Positions 9,038 through 19,261 are shown, numbered from the stretch's first letter. The stretch: 64,000 bases of DNA from Clostridiales bacterium (GCA_024693345.1 JAILLB010000028.1:1590-65589), one strand, 5' to 3'. Notes: a model not told the origin generated them from the sequence alone. Program-made: numbers and translations.

Positions 9038-9907
9038 CTACGAACTGATCTGTTGTTTTTTGTTTTGTGCTATCAAGAAAACAATCGGGAATAAATTCTC
9101 GAATGTCAGCCAGATCGGGCCCAGTGCCAGACTTGCTATGAAGTCAAACGGCAGGAACATTTTTGCACAGTTTACCATGAAGTCGGGGTCTATCATCTGG
9201 TAAACCATGAGAACTGCCACAAGAACAATGCTGACTGAAACAGATATCTTCTGCATCAAAATGCATTTGTTTTTTCTGAGCCTCATGTAAGAAGCAAAAG
9301 TGCTGAACAAAGGCGCAATAAGCAGAAGCGCAATGAGAACAAATCCCAGGCCGTTTCCCGTTTTCAATATGGAAACCGATCCGAATCCAAGAATAAATGA
9401 ATAGACGGAGTAACACAGCAGAACAGCAAACAATACGGAAAGTATTTCGACAATTGCAAAACTCTTTTTGTGTTTGTTTTTTTCTCTGAACTCTCTGTTT
9501 TTGTTGCCTGTTAGGATGACAATATCTATTCCGACATACAGGATAAACAAAACAAACAGATCTATCGGGAAGAATGCCGAATATGTGTGATACTTCAGAT
9601 TGGTAAGATACAGCGGCAGATTCATTGCAAACAAAACTGCTCCTGCAATCTTCAGAACAATCATCACAATTTCGAACACGATGATTCCCTTTTTGCTGAT
9701 TGGGTTAATATATTTGTTTTTCACAAAAGCGAGGAAGTAAACAATTCCCAATGCATACAGCACAAGAGGGCCCGCCCACTTTATGGCATTGTCGCCCATA
9801 TATCCTATAATAAGCACTATTATGCAGATGCTGTAATATCCCGGAATAATTGCGAGCAGGAAGTTGAGTATGTCGTTGTTGAAGATTTTTACAAGTTTTT
9901 CTCTCAT
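9038..9907 (-). CDS. polytopic membrane protein of unknown function
   Basis: The ATG at 9907 (MREKLVKIF) follows GGGAAGTGA and lies just after the upstream stop. About 8 hydrophobic helices. No recognisable motif. Confidence 0.7.
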   Translation of the reverse strand: MREKLVKIFNNDILNFLLAIIPGYYSICIIVLIIGYMGDNAIKWAGPLVLYALGIVYFLAFVKNKYINPISKKGIIVFEIVMIVLKIAGAVLFAMNLPLYLTNLKYHTYSAFFPIDLFVLFILYVGIDIVILTGNKNREFREKNKHKKSFAIVEILSVLFAVLLCYSVYSFILGFGSVSILKTGNGLGFVLIALLLIAPLFSTFASYMRLRKNKCILMQKISVSVSIVLVAVLMVYQMIDPDFMVNCAKMFLPFDFIASLALGPIWLTFENLFPIVFLIAQNKKQQISS

Positions 9908-9911
9908 ATAA

Positions 9912-10904
9912 TCACTTCCCTTCAACAACTGAATCGTAGTCGACGAAAACGCTCTGGCAGTTGTCAATCGAAAACTCTTCACCTGTCAACGTAATCAGAA
10001 GATATCCCATCATATCTTCATCGTGATATATTTCTCTTGTTCCTTTGACACCATACCCAACTATGACTCCCTCGTAGTCTACAATCGAGTCATTTATGTG
10101 GTCATGTCCGCAGAATATTCCTCGTATACCGGCATTTTTCAGTCTGTTAAACTGATTTGAATTAAATGCTGATGGGTAGTTTTCTTCTCTGTTTTCACCT
10201 TTTCCTGCGTATTTTCCTTCAACATATCCTGCGTATGCGTCCGCATATTCCTGTAGCGGAATGTGGAAAAACGCAAGGGATGTATAACTGTCATCAGTTT
10301 CCTGAGACTGCACTTTTTCTATGTGAGACAATTGACTGTCTCCTATCTGCTGGTAAGTATACTTGACCGCATTAAGTCTTGTATAAGAACCTCCGTCTAT
10401 CATGAACAGTCTGTACACAAGGTCATTTCCGTCCATTAAGTCAACATAGAAATTCTGCGTTCCGTCAATGCCGTCATTCGGATAGTCCACATTAAGTGAA
10501 TATTTCATTCTGGATGCAGTTTCGTCAGGATACCCAGGCTCAAACAAACCCTGGTGATCATGATTTCCCTGAAGGTATACCCAGCTTGTTTCGAAGCTGT
10601 CAATCAGTTTGAAAAGATAATCCACACTTGACTTGGTTGCATCAAAAAAGTTGTCTCCGTTCAGAACAATGAGATCCGGTTTTTCCTCATTGATGTTATG
10701 TGTCAGGTATATTGTAAGTTCCTCCAGGTTGGTAAGCCTGCTTATGTGGATATCGGTAATCATCATTACTTTAAATCCGTCTTTGTACTCCAATGTCTTT
10801 TTGTACTCAGACACATCGTGCGTTTCAATCTTGGCAGAACAGCCTGCGGCAAAGATCATAACTGCCACAAGCAGAAATGCCAGGAATATTTCCAGTTTTC
10901 TCAC
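9912..10904 (-). CDS. metallophosphoesterase (calcineurin-like) lipoprotein
   Basis: GTG start with AAAGGAGA RBS. Lipobox is FAAGCSA. Phosphoesterase motifs are DIHI, GDNFFD, GNHD, FFHIP and GHDH. Confidence 0.85.
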   Translation of the reverse strand: MRKLEIFLAFLLVAVMIFAAGCSAKIETHDVSEYKKTLEYKDGFKVMMITDIHISRLTNLEELTIYLTHNINEEKPDLIVLNGDNFFDATKSSVDYLFKLIDSFETSWVYLQGNHDHQGLFEPGYPDETASRMKYSLNVDYPNDGIDGTQNFYVDLMDGNDLVYRLFMIDGGSYTRLNAVKYTYQQIGDSQLSHIEKVQSQETDDSYTSLAFFHIPLQEYADAYAGYVEGKYAGKGENREENYPSAFNSNQFNRLKNAGIRGIFCGHDHINDSIVDYEGVIVGYGVKGTREIYHDEDMMGYLLITLTGEEFSIDNCQSVFVDYDSVVEGK

Positions 10905-10915
10905 TTTTTCTCCTT

Positions 10916-13429
10916 TCAGTGCGCTTCGTACCAGTTGTCGCCGCTGTTGACTTCAACGGTCAGCGGCACACTGAGTTTTACTGCGTTTTCCATACAGTCT
11001 TTTAACAACTGTTTTGCCTCTTCAAGGCAGTCCTTTGATGATTCTATTATGAGTTCATCGTGCACCTGCATAATGAGATGCGCATCTATCTTTCTGTTTT
11101 TGAGTTCTTTGAAGACGTTGACCATTGCAATCTTTATTATGTCTGCTGCAGTTCCCTGAATCGGGCTGTTCTTTGCAACTCTTTCACCGAATGCAATCTC
11201 TATCTTCTTTGGAGAGGAGAGTTCCGGGATATATCTACGCCTTCCCAGCATCGTCGTCACATATTTATCTGTCTTGGCTTTTGCTACCACGTTTTCCAGA
11301 TACTGTGCGACTTTCGGATATGTCCTCATGTAATTCTTGATGTAATCATCTGCCATATAAACAGGAATCTGAAGGTCCTGTGACAATGAATAACTTCCCA
11401 TTCCGTACATTATTCCGAAATTGATTGCCTTTGCGTGTTTTCTCTGTTCAATTGTCACCTGATCCTTTTCAACTCCGAAAAGTCTCATGGCGGTTGAAGC
11501 GTGAATGTCTCCTCCGCTGAGGAACACTTCCGTCAGATTCTCGTCTCCGGAAATTGCGGCAAGCAATCTGAGTTCAATCTGAGAATAGTCGGCATCGACA
11601 AGCACTGAATCCGAATTCTCAGCAACAAAATATTTTCTGAAATTTCTGCCAAGTTCCGTCCTTATAGGAATATTCTGAAGGTTTGGTTCAGTTGAAGAAA
11701 GCCTTCCAGTTGCAGTCAGAGCTTGTTTGAACCTCGTGTGAACTCTTCCGTTTTCATCAGCACATGAAGATAATGCATCTGCATACGTGCTCTTGAATTT
11801 GGCATATTCCCTGAACTCCAGAACATAACCGGCTATCGGATTGATCGGTTTCAGTTTTTCAAGAATATCTGCACTCGTGGATATTTTGTTCTTGTTGGGG
11901 TTCGGAAGCCCCATCTCATTAAACAGAACTTCGCCGAGTTGTTTTGGTGAATTAATGTTGAATTCACGTCCGGCAAGAGCAAAAATCTTGTCCTGAATTT
12001 CATTCATCATGAGCTGAAGTTGTGATGAAAACTCATGGAGTTTCTTTACGTCAACTTTAAACCCTCTCTCTTCCATGTCGTACAGAACGAATGCGAGCGG
12101 GAATTCGACTTCTTTGTACAGTTTGTACTGATTTGTCTCTTCGAGTTCCTTTTTGAAATATTCGCGCAGTCTGTAAAGGTAAAAAGCCTTGTCCGCAGGT
12201 GACTGAACAGTTGCACCGAACGTTCTGGATGCAAGTTTTTCAAGTGAGAAGTCTGTCTCTCCGCTTGAACACATATATCCCATCAGCATGACATCGTCTG
12301 TGCAGCCATTCGGTGTAATTCCGGACTGAGACAATGTGTGGCTTTCGCTTTTTACATCGTGGAGAATAAGCCTCGGACTTCCCTCCAGAATGTCTTTCTG
12401 CGACTCTATGTCTTCGCACTCATATATCTTTTTCCCGTCCGAATAATATATGGCGTTCGTGTCGTAATCTATGTATGCGGAAAGTTCACTGCCAGGCAGT
12501 TTTTCCGCATTTATTTTTTCGCTCCTTGGAACTTCGCTGGTTCTCTCTATATACTCGCTTTCCTGTTTTTCAAGACCGAATTTAGTAATGAAAACTTTGA
12601 ATCCGAGCTTGTTGAACAATTCAGCAAGAGCGGGCTTGTCAATTCCTTTGTACTCGACTTTATTAAGAGAAGGAAGATCCGGAACACCTCTGTCAATTCT
12701 CGCCAGCCTTTTTGACAAAAATGCACTGTCTTTGCCGCTGATAAGCTTTGCCTTGTTGTTTTCGGATATATCCTTTGCTGACTCAATATTGTCATAAAGA
12801 TTCTCTATGCTGTCATATGTCGCAATGAGTTTTCCTGCACCCTTTTCGCCTATGCCTGCAACTCCTGGTATGTTGTCGGATGAATCGCCCATGAGCGCCT
12901 TCATATCGACAAATCTGTCGGGGTAAATACCGTATTTGCCAAAGAAGACATCTTTGTCGTATTTAACAGATTCGCCTGTAGTTGCCAGAAGAACAAACGA
13001 TGTGTCTGAGATAAGCTGGAGCGAATCCCTGTCTCCCGTAACGATGTATGCTTCAATGCCATTGTCTTCGGAAATGGCTGCATATGTTCCGAGAATATCG
13101 TCTGCCTCGTATCCGCTCTTTTCAACGCATACTGCTCCGAGTGCTTTGAGACATTCCTTGACGGGCTCAAACTGGGCAAGCAGATCCGGCGGAGTTGGTT
13201 TTCTTCCAGCCTTGTAATCTGTATAGAACTTGTGTCTGAATGTTGGAGCATGAACATCAAATGCGACAACAAAATAGTCCGGTTTGATCTCCTCGAGATG
13301 CTTGTGGATTATGTTCATGAATCCATAAACCGCATTTGTGGGAGTGCCATCCGGAGCACTGAGCGGTCTGATGCCGTAATATGCTCTGTTTATTATTGAG
13401 TTGCCGTCAACCGCAAGTAGTTTTTTCAT
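10916..13429 (-). CDS. polA: DNA polymerase I
   Basis: N-terminal 5'-3' exonuclease (MKKLLAVDGNSIINRAYYG). Family A polymerase motifs are DYSQIELR, KAINFGIMYG and QVHDELI. The start is trimmed to 13429 because the upstream 47 codons are AT-rich with no homology. Confidence 0.95.
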   Translation of the reverse strand: MKKLLAVDGNSIINRAYYGIRPLSAPDGTPTNAVYGFMNIIHKHLEEIKPDYFVVAFDVHAPTFRHKFYTDYKAGRKPTPPDLLAQFEPVKECLKALGAVCVEKSGYEADDILGTYAAISEDNGIEAYIVTGDRDSLQLISDTSFVLLATTGESVKYDKDVFFGKYGIYPDRFVDMKALMGDSSDNIPGVAGIGEKGAGKLIATYDSIENLYDNIESAKDISENNKAKLISGKDSAFLSKRLARIDRGVPDLPSLNKVEYKGIDKPALAELFNKLGFKVFITKFGLEKQESEYIERTSEVPRSEKINAEKLPGSELSAYIDYDTNAIYYSDGKKIYECEDIESQKDILEGSPRLILHDVKSESHTLSQSGITPNGCTDDVMLMGYMCSSGETDFSLEKLASRTFGATVQSPADKAFYLYRLREYFKKELEETNQYKLYKEVEFPLAFVLYDMEERGFKVDVKKLHEFSSQLQLMMNEIQDKIFALAGREFNINSPKQLGEVLFNEMGLPNPNKNKISTSADILEKLKPINPIAGYVLEFREYAKFKSTYADALSSCADENGRVHTRFKQALTATGRLSSTEPNLQNIPIRTELGRNFRKYFVAENSDSVLVDADYSQIELRLLAAISGDENLTEVFLSGGDIHASTAMRLFGVEKDQVTIEQRKHAKAINFGIMYGMGSYSLSQDLQIPVYMADDYIKNYMRTYPKVAQYLENVVAKAKTDKYVTTMLGRRRYIPELSSPKKIEIAFGERVAKNSPIQGTAADIIKIAMVNVFKELKNRKIDAHLIMQVHDELIIESSKDCLEEAKQLLKDCMENAVKLSVPLTVEVNSGDNWYEAH

Positions 13430-13555
13430 GTCACGCCCCCTATACTTTTTATGCTTTGAATTATACCATAATCGTACACTATTTGAAACATTACATATTA
13501 ATATATTTGTTGGAATTACAGCAGAAAAACGGGCAAAACATGTTCCCGAATTGTC

Positions 13556-13584
13556 TTGACATATCCTCATCCAGTTGATATAAT
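13556..13584 (+). promoter_or_regulatory. consensus sigma-70/SigA promoter for tRNA-Thr
   Basis: TTGACA (13556-13561), 17-nt spacer, TATAAT (13579-13584), 13 nt upstream of the tRNA. Confidence 0.8.
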
Positions 13585-13597
13585 CTTACCTGCAATT

Positions 13598-13673
<76 letters not shown>

Positions 13674-13684
13674 CAATTGGACAT

Positions 13685-13718
13685 GACAGCCGACACATGT
13701 TGACGGCTGTCTTTTTTT
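13685..13718 (+). terminator. intrinsic terminator after tRNA-Thr
   Basis: Stem GACAGCCG / CGGCTGTC is followed by TTTTTTT. Confidence 0.8.
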
Positions 13719-13812
13719 GCCTGAATACCATCACGCTGTTGTTAAGAAATGAATCATATGATATAATTTTCTTATATCCCATTCGGAAAAATATGGAAAG
13801 GCAGTGACAAAA

Positions 13813-14690
13813 ATGAAAAAGACCCAATTTGTAAAAGTTTTATCACTCTTTGTTCTAATTGCGATACTGTTTTCAGTAATCAGTTCATGTGCAACTCAGA
13901 AGGTTGAAACTCCGATAATTACGGACATAAAAATTGAATCAACCCAGAATGGTCAGACAACATATCTGATTACGTATGAAGATGGATCAGTTACACATTT
14001 TGTCTCCACATCTTCAGAAACAAGCGGCGACAAAATAACAATCGGAGAAAACGGCAACTTCTTTATGCTTGCCGGGAACACCCGTGACTTAAGAGTCATG
14101 AGTGGTTCACACGCAATCTCAATGAGATAAAGAACCACAATAAAGCCGAGGGGGCAGAAAAAGGTTCTGTTGAAGTTGTAATAATCGATGATTCTCTTAA
14201 CGGAGGCGGCTATGTGGCAGTAATGGGCAAACTTCTTGCCCTGATGTCAAAAGACAACAAAGCTGACCTGTATTTCAAAAATGACAACAATGGTCTTTTG
14301 TTCAAATACTCATACAGAGTTGACTCAAACAATGATGGTGCATATGATGAAAAAGACTGTTTCGGTCAGTATTTCACCTTCGTAATCATAACATCTCCGT
14401 ATTCATTCTCATGCGGAAATGCCTTCCCGTTCTATGCAAGCCACATGGGAGTTGCATACATCGCAGGACTTAAATCAGGCGGTGGAGAATGTACAGTTGA
14501 CTCTATTCTTCTTCCGTTTGGCCAGATGATAAATCATTCATCAAATTACCATATTGGCTGGTACAATGAAGAAACAAAAGAATTCTCCGGAGATGAGGGT
14601 GGCAGCAGCATCAACATTGTTCTTGCAATGAATTTGTATGATATTGAAAAAGTCTCCGAGACAGTAAAAAAATACCTCAAAATTGAATGA
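13813..14690 (+). pseudogene. decayed lipoprotein / S41-like peptidase (N-terminal lipoprotein fragment joined out of frame to the C-terminal S41-like domain)
   Basis: 13813-14130 encodes a signal peptide with lipobox (VISSCAT) plus about 80 aa, then a stop. A second frame, open from 14088, reads ...EVVIIDDSLNGGGYVAV...SPYSFSCGNAFPFYASHMGVAYIAGLKSGGGE. This matches the S41 pattern IiDlR.N.GG ... S.sA.E.f. The intervening roughly 150-250 aa expected for the family are absent. The junction coincides with the 50-nt repeat. Confidence 0.65.
14062..14111 (+). repeat. 50-nt palindrome-containing repeat, copy 1
   Basis: TTTATGCTTGCCGGGAACACCCGTGACTTAAGAGTCATGAGTGGTTCACA. The reverse complement recurs at 63730-63773 with only a 6-nt (AAGAGT) deletion. 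Internal imperfect inverted repeat is GAACACCCGTGAC / GTCATGAGTGGTTC. Confidence 0.9.
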
Positions 14691-14706
14691 TTAAAGGTGA
14701 TTAAAT

Positions 14707-16605
14707 ATGGATAAAATCAGAATACAAGACGATTTATTTAATTCAGTCAACGGCGAGTGGCAAGAAAGTGCGGTCATTCCCGATGACATGCCTTCAACAG
14801 GAGCATTCGAAGAGATTTTCAACAAAGTTGAACTTCAGCTCAGAGAAGACATAAATGAAATGAGCAAGAACCATTCATATGAGAATTCACATATGGAACA
14901 TGCTTGCAAACTGTTTGAAAAAGTCAAAGACACAAAAACACTTAACAGAGAAAAAATGAGACCGGCATACAAAGGTCTTGACAGAATCAACAAACTGAAA
15001 GATGTAACCGCTTTCAACAGAAACCTCAAGGAATTGGTTTTGGACGGAGTTCCGGTTCCATTTTCAATAGATGTAGAGACAGACCTGAAAGACACAGATA
15101 AGCACTGTGTGCTTCTCCTTGGTCCTGATACCCTGCTTCCCGATTCGTCATATTACAGACCGGGCATGGAGCAGCAGAAAGCCATGATGATCGGCCTCTG
15201 CTCCAACATGATAGGTGCTCTTCTCGCAGAGACAAAATTGAGTCCCGAAGATCAGCAGCTCTTCCTCAAAGACACACTTGCTTTTGATGAAGTAATAGGC
15301 TCACTTGTCAAGAGCCGTGAAGAGTTTACAAGATACACAGAACTGTACAATCCCTTCAGCACAAGAACCGTTTCCGGTCTGATGAAACCTGTAAAAGTAA
15401 GGAAGCTACTTACAGATTTATTCGGAACAGCGCCTGAAGAGATTATTGTCGGAGATCCTAAATTCTTAAAGAACTTCAAAACTCTGTTCAACAAAGAAGC
15501 ATTTGTTCAGTATAAGCACTGGGCATATGTAAGATATCTGATGAAAGCGACAGCTTTCCTGAGCGAGCATCTCAGAGAACTCGGAAACATGTTCATGATG
15601 GCACTGACGGGAATCAACAAAATGCCTGTCCCTGAAAAATACGCTTTCCTTACAACGTCCGGATACTACTCCGAACCAATTGGCATGTACTATGCTCACA
15701 AATACTTCGGAGAAGAAGCAAAGAAAGATATAACGGACATTGCTCACAAGATTATTGATCAGTACAGGGAAAGAATCAGCAACAACAGCATTTTGTCTGA
15801 TGAGACAAAGAAAAAAGCCATCAAAAAATTGTCTTCAATCGTTGTGAGAATGGGATACCCGGACAAGGTCAGTCCGATTTACGACAAACTCGTCTTTGAC
15901 GATAAAGATTCACTTCTCACTGTAATCAGCAAGCTGGGCAGAATCAAGAGAGAGGACAGTTTTTCAAAGCTGTATAAACCCACAGACAAGACCGAGTGGC
16001 CTATGTCTGCGCACACAATAAATGCATGTTACAACCCATTTGACAACTCAGTAACATTCCCTGCAGGAATCCTTCAGCCTCCGTTCTATTCTTTGAAACA
16101 GACAAGAAGCCAGAACCTTGGCGGAATCGGCGCAGTTATGGGTCATGAAATATCTCATGCTTTTGACAGCAACGGCGCTAAATGTGATGAAAAAGGAAAC
16201 CTCAACAACTGGTGGACAAAAGAAGACTTTAAAGCCTTCAAAGCAAGCACAAAAGCCATGATAAAAGAGTATGACGGATATGAACTGCCATGGGGAAAAG
16301 TAAACGGCACTCTGACTGTAAGCGAGAATATCGCAGACAACGGCGGAATGGCTGTAACACTCGATCTCATGAAAAAGACAAAAAATGCATCGTACGAAGA
16401 ATACTTCACACAGTGGGCAAAAGTTTGGGCAACAAAAGCCAGACCCGAATACTTGCAGCTGCTCCTTACAATAGATGAGCATTCACCTGCGATGGCAAGA
16501 GCAAACATGACACCGAGAAACTTTGAAGAATGGTACAATGCATTCAATGTTACGAAAAAAGATAAAATGTATCTTGCGCCAAATAAGCGCGTCGTAATCT
16601 GGTAA
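14707..16605 (+). CDS. pepO: M13 family metalloendopeptidase (PepO-like)
   Basis: Zinc motif is VMGHEISHAF. The downstream ENIADNGG motif is present, and the C-terminal VVIW ending is typical of M13 peptidases. Confidence 0.9.
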   Translation: MDKIRIQDDLFNSVNGEWQESAVIPDDMPSTGAFEEIFNKVELQLREDINEMSKNHSYENSHMEHACKLFEKVKDTKTLNREKMRPAYKGLDRINKLKDVTAFNRNLKELVLDGVPVPFSIDVETDLKDTDKHCVLLLGPDTLLPDSSYYRPGMEQQKAMMIGLCSNMIGALLAETKLSPEDQQLFLKDTLAFDEVIGSLVKSREEFTRYTELYNPFSTRTVSGLMKPVKVRKLLTDLFGTAPEEIIVGDPKFLKNFKTLFNKEAFVQYKHWAYVRYLMKATAFLSEHLRELGNMFMMALTGINKMPVPEKYAFLTTSGYYSEPIGMYYAHKYFGEEAKKDITDIAHKIIDQYRERISNNSILSDETKKKAIKKLSSIVVRMGYPDKVSPIYDKLVFDDKDSLLTVISKLGRIKREDSFSKLYKPTDKTEWPMSAHTINACYNPFDNSVTFPAGILQPPFYSLKQTRSQNLGGIGAVMGHEISHAFDSNGAKCDEKGNLNNWWTKEDFKAFKASTKAMIKEYDGYELPWGKVNGTLTVSENIADNGGMAVTLDLMKKTKNASYEEYFTQWAKVWATKARPEYLQLLLTIDEHSPAMARANMTPRNFEEWYNAFNVTKKDKMYLAPNKRVVIW

Positions 16606-16611
16606 AATATA

Positions 16612-16644
16612 AGCGGGAGACTCAAATCTCCCGCTCGTTTTTTA
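16612..16644. terminator. hairpin terminator between convergent pepO and the TetR gene
   Basis: Stem AGCGGGAGA / TCTCCCGCT is followed by a T run (CGTTTTTTATT). Confidence 0.7.
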
Positions 16645-17223
16645 TTCTTTTGGAACGACGTGTTTTTCGACACCTTCGTAGAACAGATTGCTTATTATGT
16701 GCGCCAGTTTTTCAATTGGTTCTTCTCTGCCGGAATTCAACCATTCCTGGTAGACACTGAGCATGCCTGATATGGAATAATCTATGACAACATTCATCTC
16801 ATATTCGTCATAATTGCTCCTGGCCTTGAGAACCTTTTTGGTTTGCTCCTTCAAATAACCGATTATCTTTGCCATCAGGTGTGTGTTCAGATCAGACGAG
16901 CGTATTGTGTTGTAAAACTGATAGTTTGAATCAAGAAGTCTTGTAAGCCTTATAAGGACATTGTAAGGATTCTGCATTTCGCTTCCCACGTCAAGATCCT
17001 TTATTTCAGCCTTGAATGTCTCAAAGAGTTCCTCTTCAATTTCACTGATAATCTCATGTATACCTGAGTAATTGTTATAGAAAGTCTTTCTGTTTATATC
17101 TGCTTCTCTTGAAATATCTGTAATCGTGATACTGTCTATGCTTTTTCTTGACACCAATTCAATAAAGGCATGTTTTATAGCCCTTTTTGTTTTTATTGTT
17201 CTTCTGTCAACTCGCTTTTCCAT
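16642..17223 (-). CDS. TetR/AcrR family transcriptional regulator
   Basis: N-terminal HTH pattern RRTIKTKRAIKHAFIELVSRKSIDSITITDISREADINRKTFYNNY. Divergent from the DegV gene. Confidence 0.85.
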   Translation of the reverse strand: MEKRVDRRTIKTKRAIKHAFIELVSRKSIDSITITDISREADINRKTFYNNYSGIHEIISEIEEELFETFKAEIKDLDVGSEMQNPYNVLIRLTRLLDSNYQFYNTIRSSDLNTHLMAKIIGYLKEQTKKVLKARSNYDEYEMNVVIDYSISGMLSVYQEWLNSGREEPIEKLAHIISNLFYEGVEKHVVPKE

Positions 17224-17365
17224 AAGTCACCATTTTACACATTTTTGCCGATGTTTGTTGCTTATTTCACGGATTTTTCCAACATGACCATAAATAACGG
17301 CACGGCTGTAGTATAATACACATGTGTGGATTAGTCAACACAAAAATACGATTGATGAGGTATTT

Positions 17366-18235
17366 ATGTTAACACTATTTTGCGATTCAGATATGGATAT
17401 GACTCCGGAGAGTTGTAAAGAATACGGATATAAAATGATTTGCATGCCATATGCAGCTGATGGAAAAACAGTTAACCCCTATGAGGATTATGAGGTATTT
17501 GATGCAAAGGCATACTATGACACACTGAGAGCAGGAACAATCCCGACAACAAGTGCAATTTCCGAAATGAAGTACAAAGAGTATTTTGAACCGGAATTTG
17601 CAGCAGGAAACGACATTCTGTACGTTCACTTCTCTGCTGCCATGACAATGACATTCGACAACATGCACAGAGCGGTTGACGAATTAAAGGCTGCTTATCC
17701 GGAAAGAAACTTCTATGAGATTGATACAAAGGGAATCACAATTCTCAGCAACCTTATTGCCAAGGAAATAGGCAGACTGTTCAAGGAAGGAAAATCTCTT
17801 GAATATGTCCTTGAATGGGCAAAGACAGAAATTGACCATTATGCAGTATATTTCTTTGCTGATGACCTGAAGTTCTTCAAGAGAAGCGGAAGAGTCGGCG
17901 GACTATCTGCAGCAATGGGAACCATTATCGGAATTCGTCCAATAATCAACATAGGCGAAAATGGAAAGATGGAAAGCGTAGGTAAGGAAGTCGGACGTGC
18001 AAAGGCACTCAAACACCTTATTGACGTAGTTAAGGAAATAGGCGATTGTCCTCAGGATTATAAGATTATAATTGGTCATACCGATGCGATAGAGCTTGCT
18101 GAAACACTTGCAAACATGCTCAAAGCAGAGCTCGGAGATAATATTGATTACGACATCGTTGTAACCAACCCTACAACGGGAGCTCACTGCGGACCTGATT
18201 CTGCAGGCATTGCTTTCCATTCCAAACACAGATAA
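17366..18235 (+). CDS. DegV family fatty-acid-binding protein
   Basis: The ATG at 17366 follows GAGG. The TTSAIS motif, the overall DegV pattern (FFADDLKFFKRSGRV) and the length of about 290 aa all fit. Confidence 0.85.
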   Translation: MLTLFCDSDMDMTPESCKEYGYKMICMPYAADGKTVNPYEDYEVFDAKAYYDTLRAGTIPTTSAISEMKYKEYFEPEFAAGNDILYVHFSAAMTMTFDNMHRAVDELKAAYPERNFYEIDTKGITILSNLIAKEIGRLFKEGKSLEYVLEWAKTEIDHYAVYFFADDLKFFKRSGRVGGLSAAMGTIIGIRPIINIGENGKMESVGKEVGRAKALKHLIDVVKEIGDCPQDYKIIIGHTDAIELAETLANMLKAELGDNIDYDIVVTNPTTGAHCGPDSAGIAFHSKHR

Positions 18236-18257
18236 TATTATGATTATGCAAAAATTT

Positions 18258-18284
18258 TGGCGTAGGATTTAGTTCCTACGCCAT
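18258..18284. terminator. bidirectional hairpin terminator (DegV gene / tsf)
   Basis: Stem TGGCGTAGGA / TCCTACGCCA is flanked by AAAATTTT and TATTTGTT. Confidence 0.6.
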
Positions 18285-18299
18285 ATTTGTTGGTTCTGA

Positions 18300-19235
18300 T
18301 TATTTGTTGAGCATCTTTGCAACTTCTTCGTCGAGGTTGTCTACTCTCTTTTCAATTCCTTCACCTTTGTTGTAAATAACAAATCCTGTAACCTTTATGC
18401 TGCCGCCGAAAGCCTTAGCTGTCTGTTCAACATATTTGCCGACTGTGAGAGAATCATCTTTGATGTAAGCCTGATCAACAAGGCAGTTCTCTTCGTAGAA
18501 CTTGCCGAGACGACCGATAGCCATCTTTTCGATGATCGCATCTGGCTTGCTTGCGTTCTTAGGATCGTTCTTAATCTGTTCAGAAATGATTTCCTTTTCC
18601 TGTGCAATAACTGCAGTGGGAACTGATTCTCTGTCAAGATAAGGTGTTGTTGAGAAAGCGCCGAGCTGGAGTGCGATATTCTTTGCGAACTCTGCAAATC
18701 CGGGGTTGCTCTTTGCTGTTGCATCTGCGTCAAACTTAACGATAACGCCTGTAGCGCCGTTTCCGTGAACGTATGTTGTGGTTGTTCCTTCAACTATGAT
18801 GAAACGTCTTACATCTATTTTCTCTTTGATTGTGAAGATCATGTCTTTAACTTTCTCTTCAACTGTGAACTCTGTTCCATCGAATTTCTCTGCTTTGAGA
18901 GCTTCGAGATCTGCAGGGCTCTTTTCGAGGATTGTGCGAAGAAGGCCGTTTACGAATTCTACGAAAGTAGCGTTCTTTGCAACGAAGTCTGTTTCTGAGT
19001 TAACTTCAACCATTGCAACTCTTTCGCCTTTTGTCAATACTGCAACAAGTCCGTCAGCTGCTACTCTGTCAGCCTTTTTAGCTGCTACAGCCAAACCCTT
19101 TTCTCTGAGAATTACAATTGCAGCCTCTTCATCGCCGTTTGTTTCAACGAGTGCTCTTTTGCAGTCCATAAGACCTGCGCCTGTTTTATCTCTAAGTGCA
19201 CCAACCATAGCGGCTGTGATTTTTACATCTGCCAT
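18300..19235 (-). CDS. tsf: translation elongation factor Ts
   Basis: MADVKITAAMVGALRDKTGAGLMDCKRALVETNGDEEAAI is the canonical EF-Ts UBA-like N-terminus. The ATG at 19235 follows GGAGGA. The gene lies downstream of rpsB. Confidence 0.95.
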   Translation of the reverse strand: MADVKITAAMVGALRDKTGAGLMDCKRALVETNGDEEAAIVILREKGLAVAAKKADRVAADGLVAVLTKGERVAMVEVNSETDFVAKNATFVEFVNGLLRTILEKSPADLEALKAEKFDGTEFTVEEKVKDMIFTIKEKIDVRRFIIVEGTTTTYVHGNGATGVIVKFDADATAKSNPGFAEFAKNIALQLGAFSTTPYLDRESVPTAVIAQEKEIISEQIKNDPKNASKPDAIIEKMAIGRLGKFYEENCLVDQAYIKDDSLTVGKYVEQTAKAFGGSIKVTGFVIYNKGEGIEKRVDNLDEEVAKMLNK

Positions 19236-19261
19236 TTTATATTCCTCCAAATTGATTAGTA

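Noticed and set aside
13430-13570. The 47-codon N-terminal extension of polA in the ORF track. Similar upstream extensions occur at 190, 3134, 5902, 17324, 19250, 23870, 38511, 44133, 48420, 52429, 53883, 56986, 62114 and 62142.
   Set aside because: The extensions are AT-rich or overlap terminators or upstream genes. They lack homology to the families concerned. Internal ATG/GTG codons with good Shine-Dalgarno sequences give canonical N-termini.
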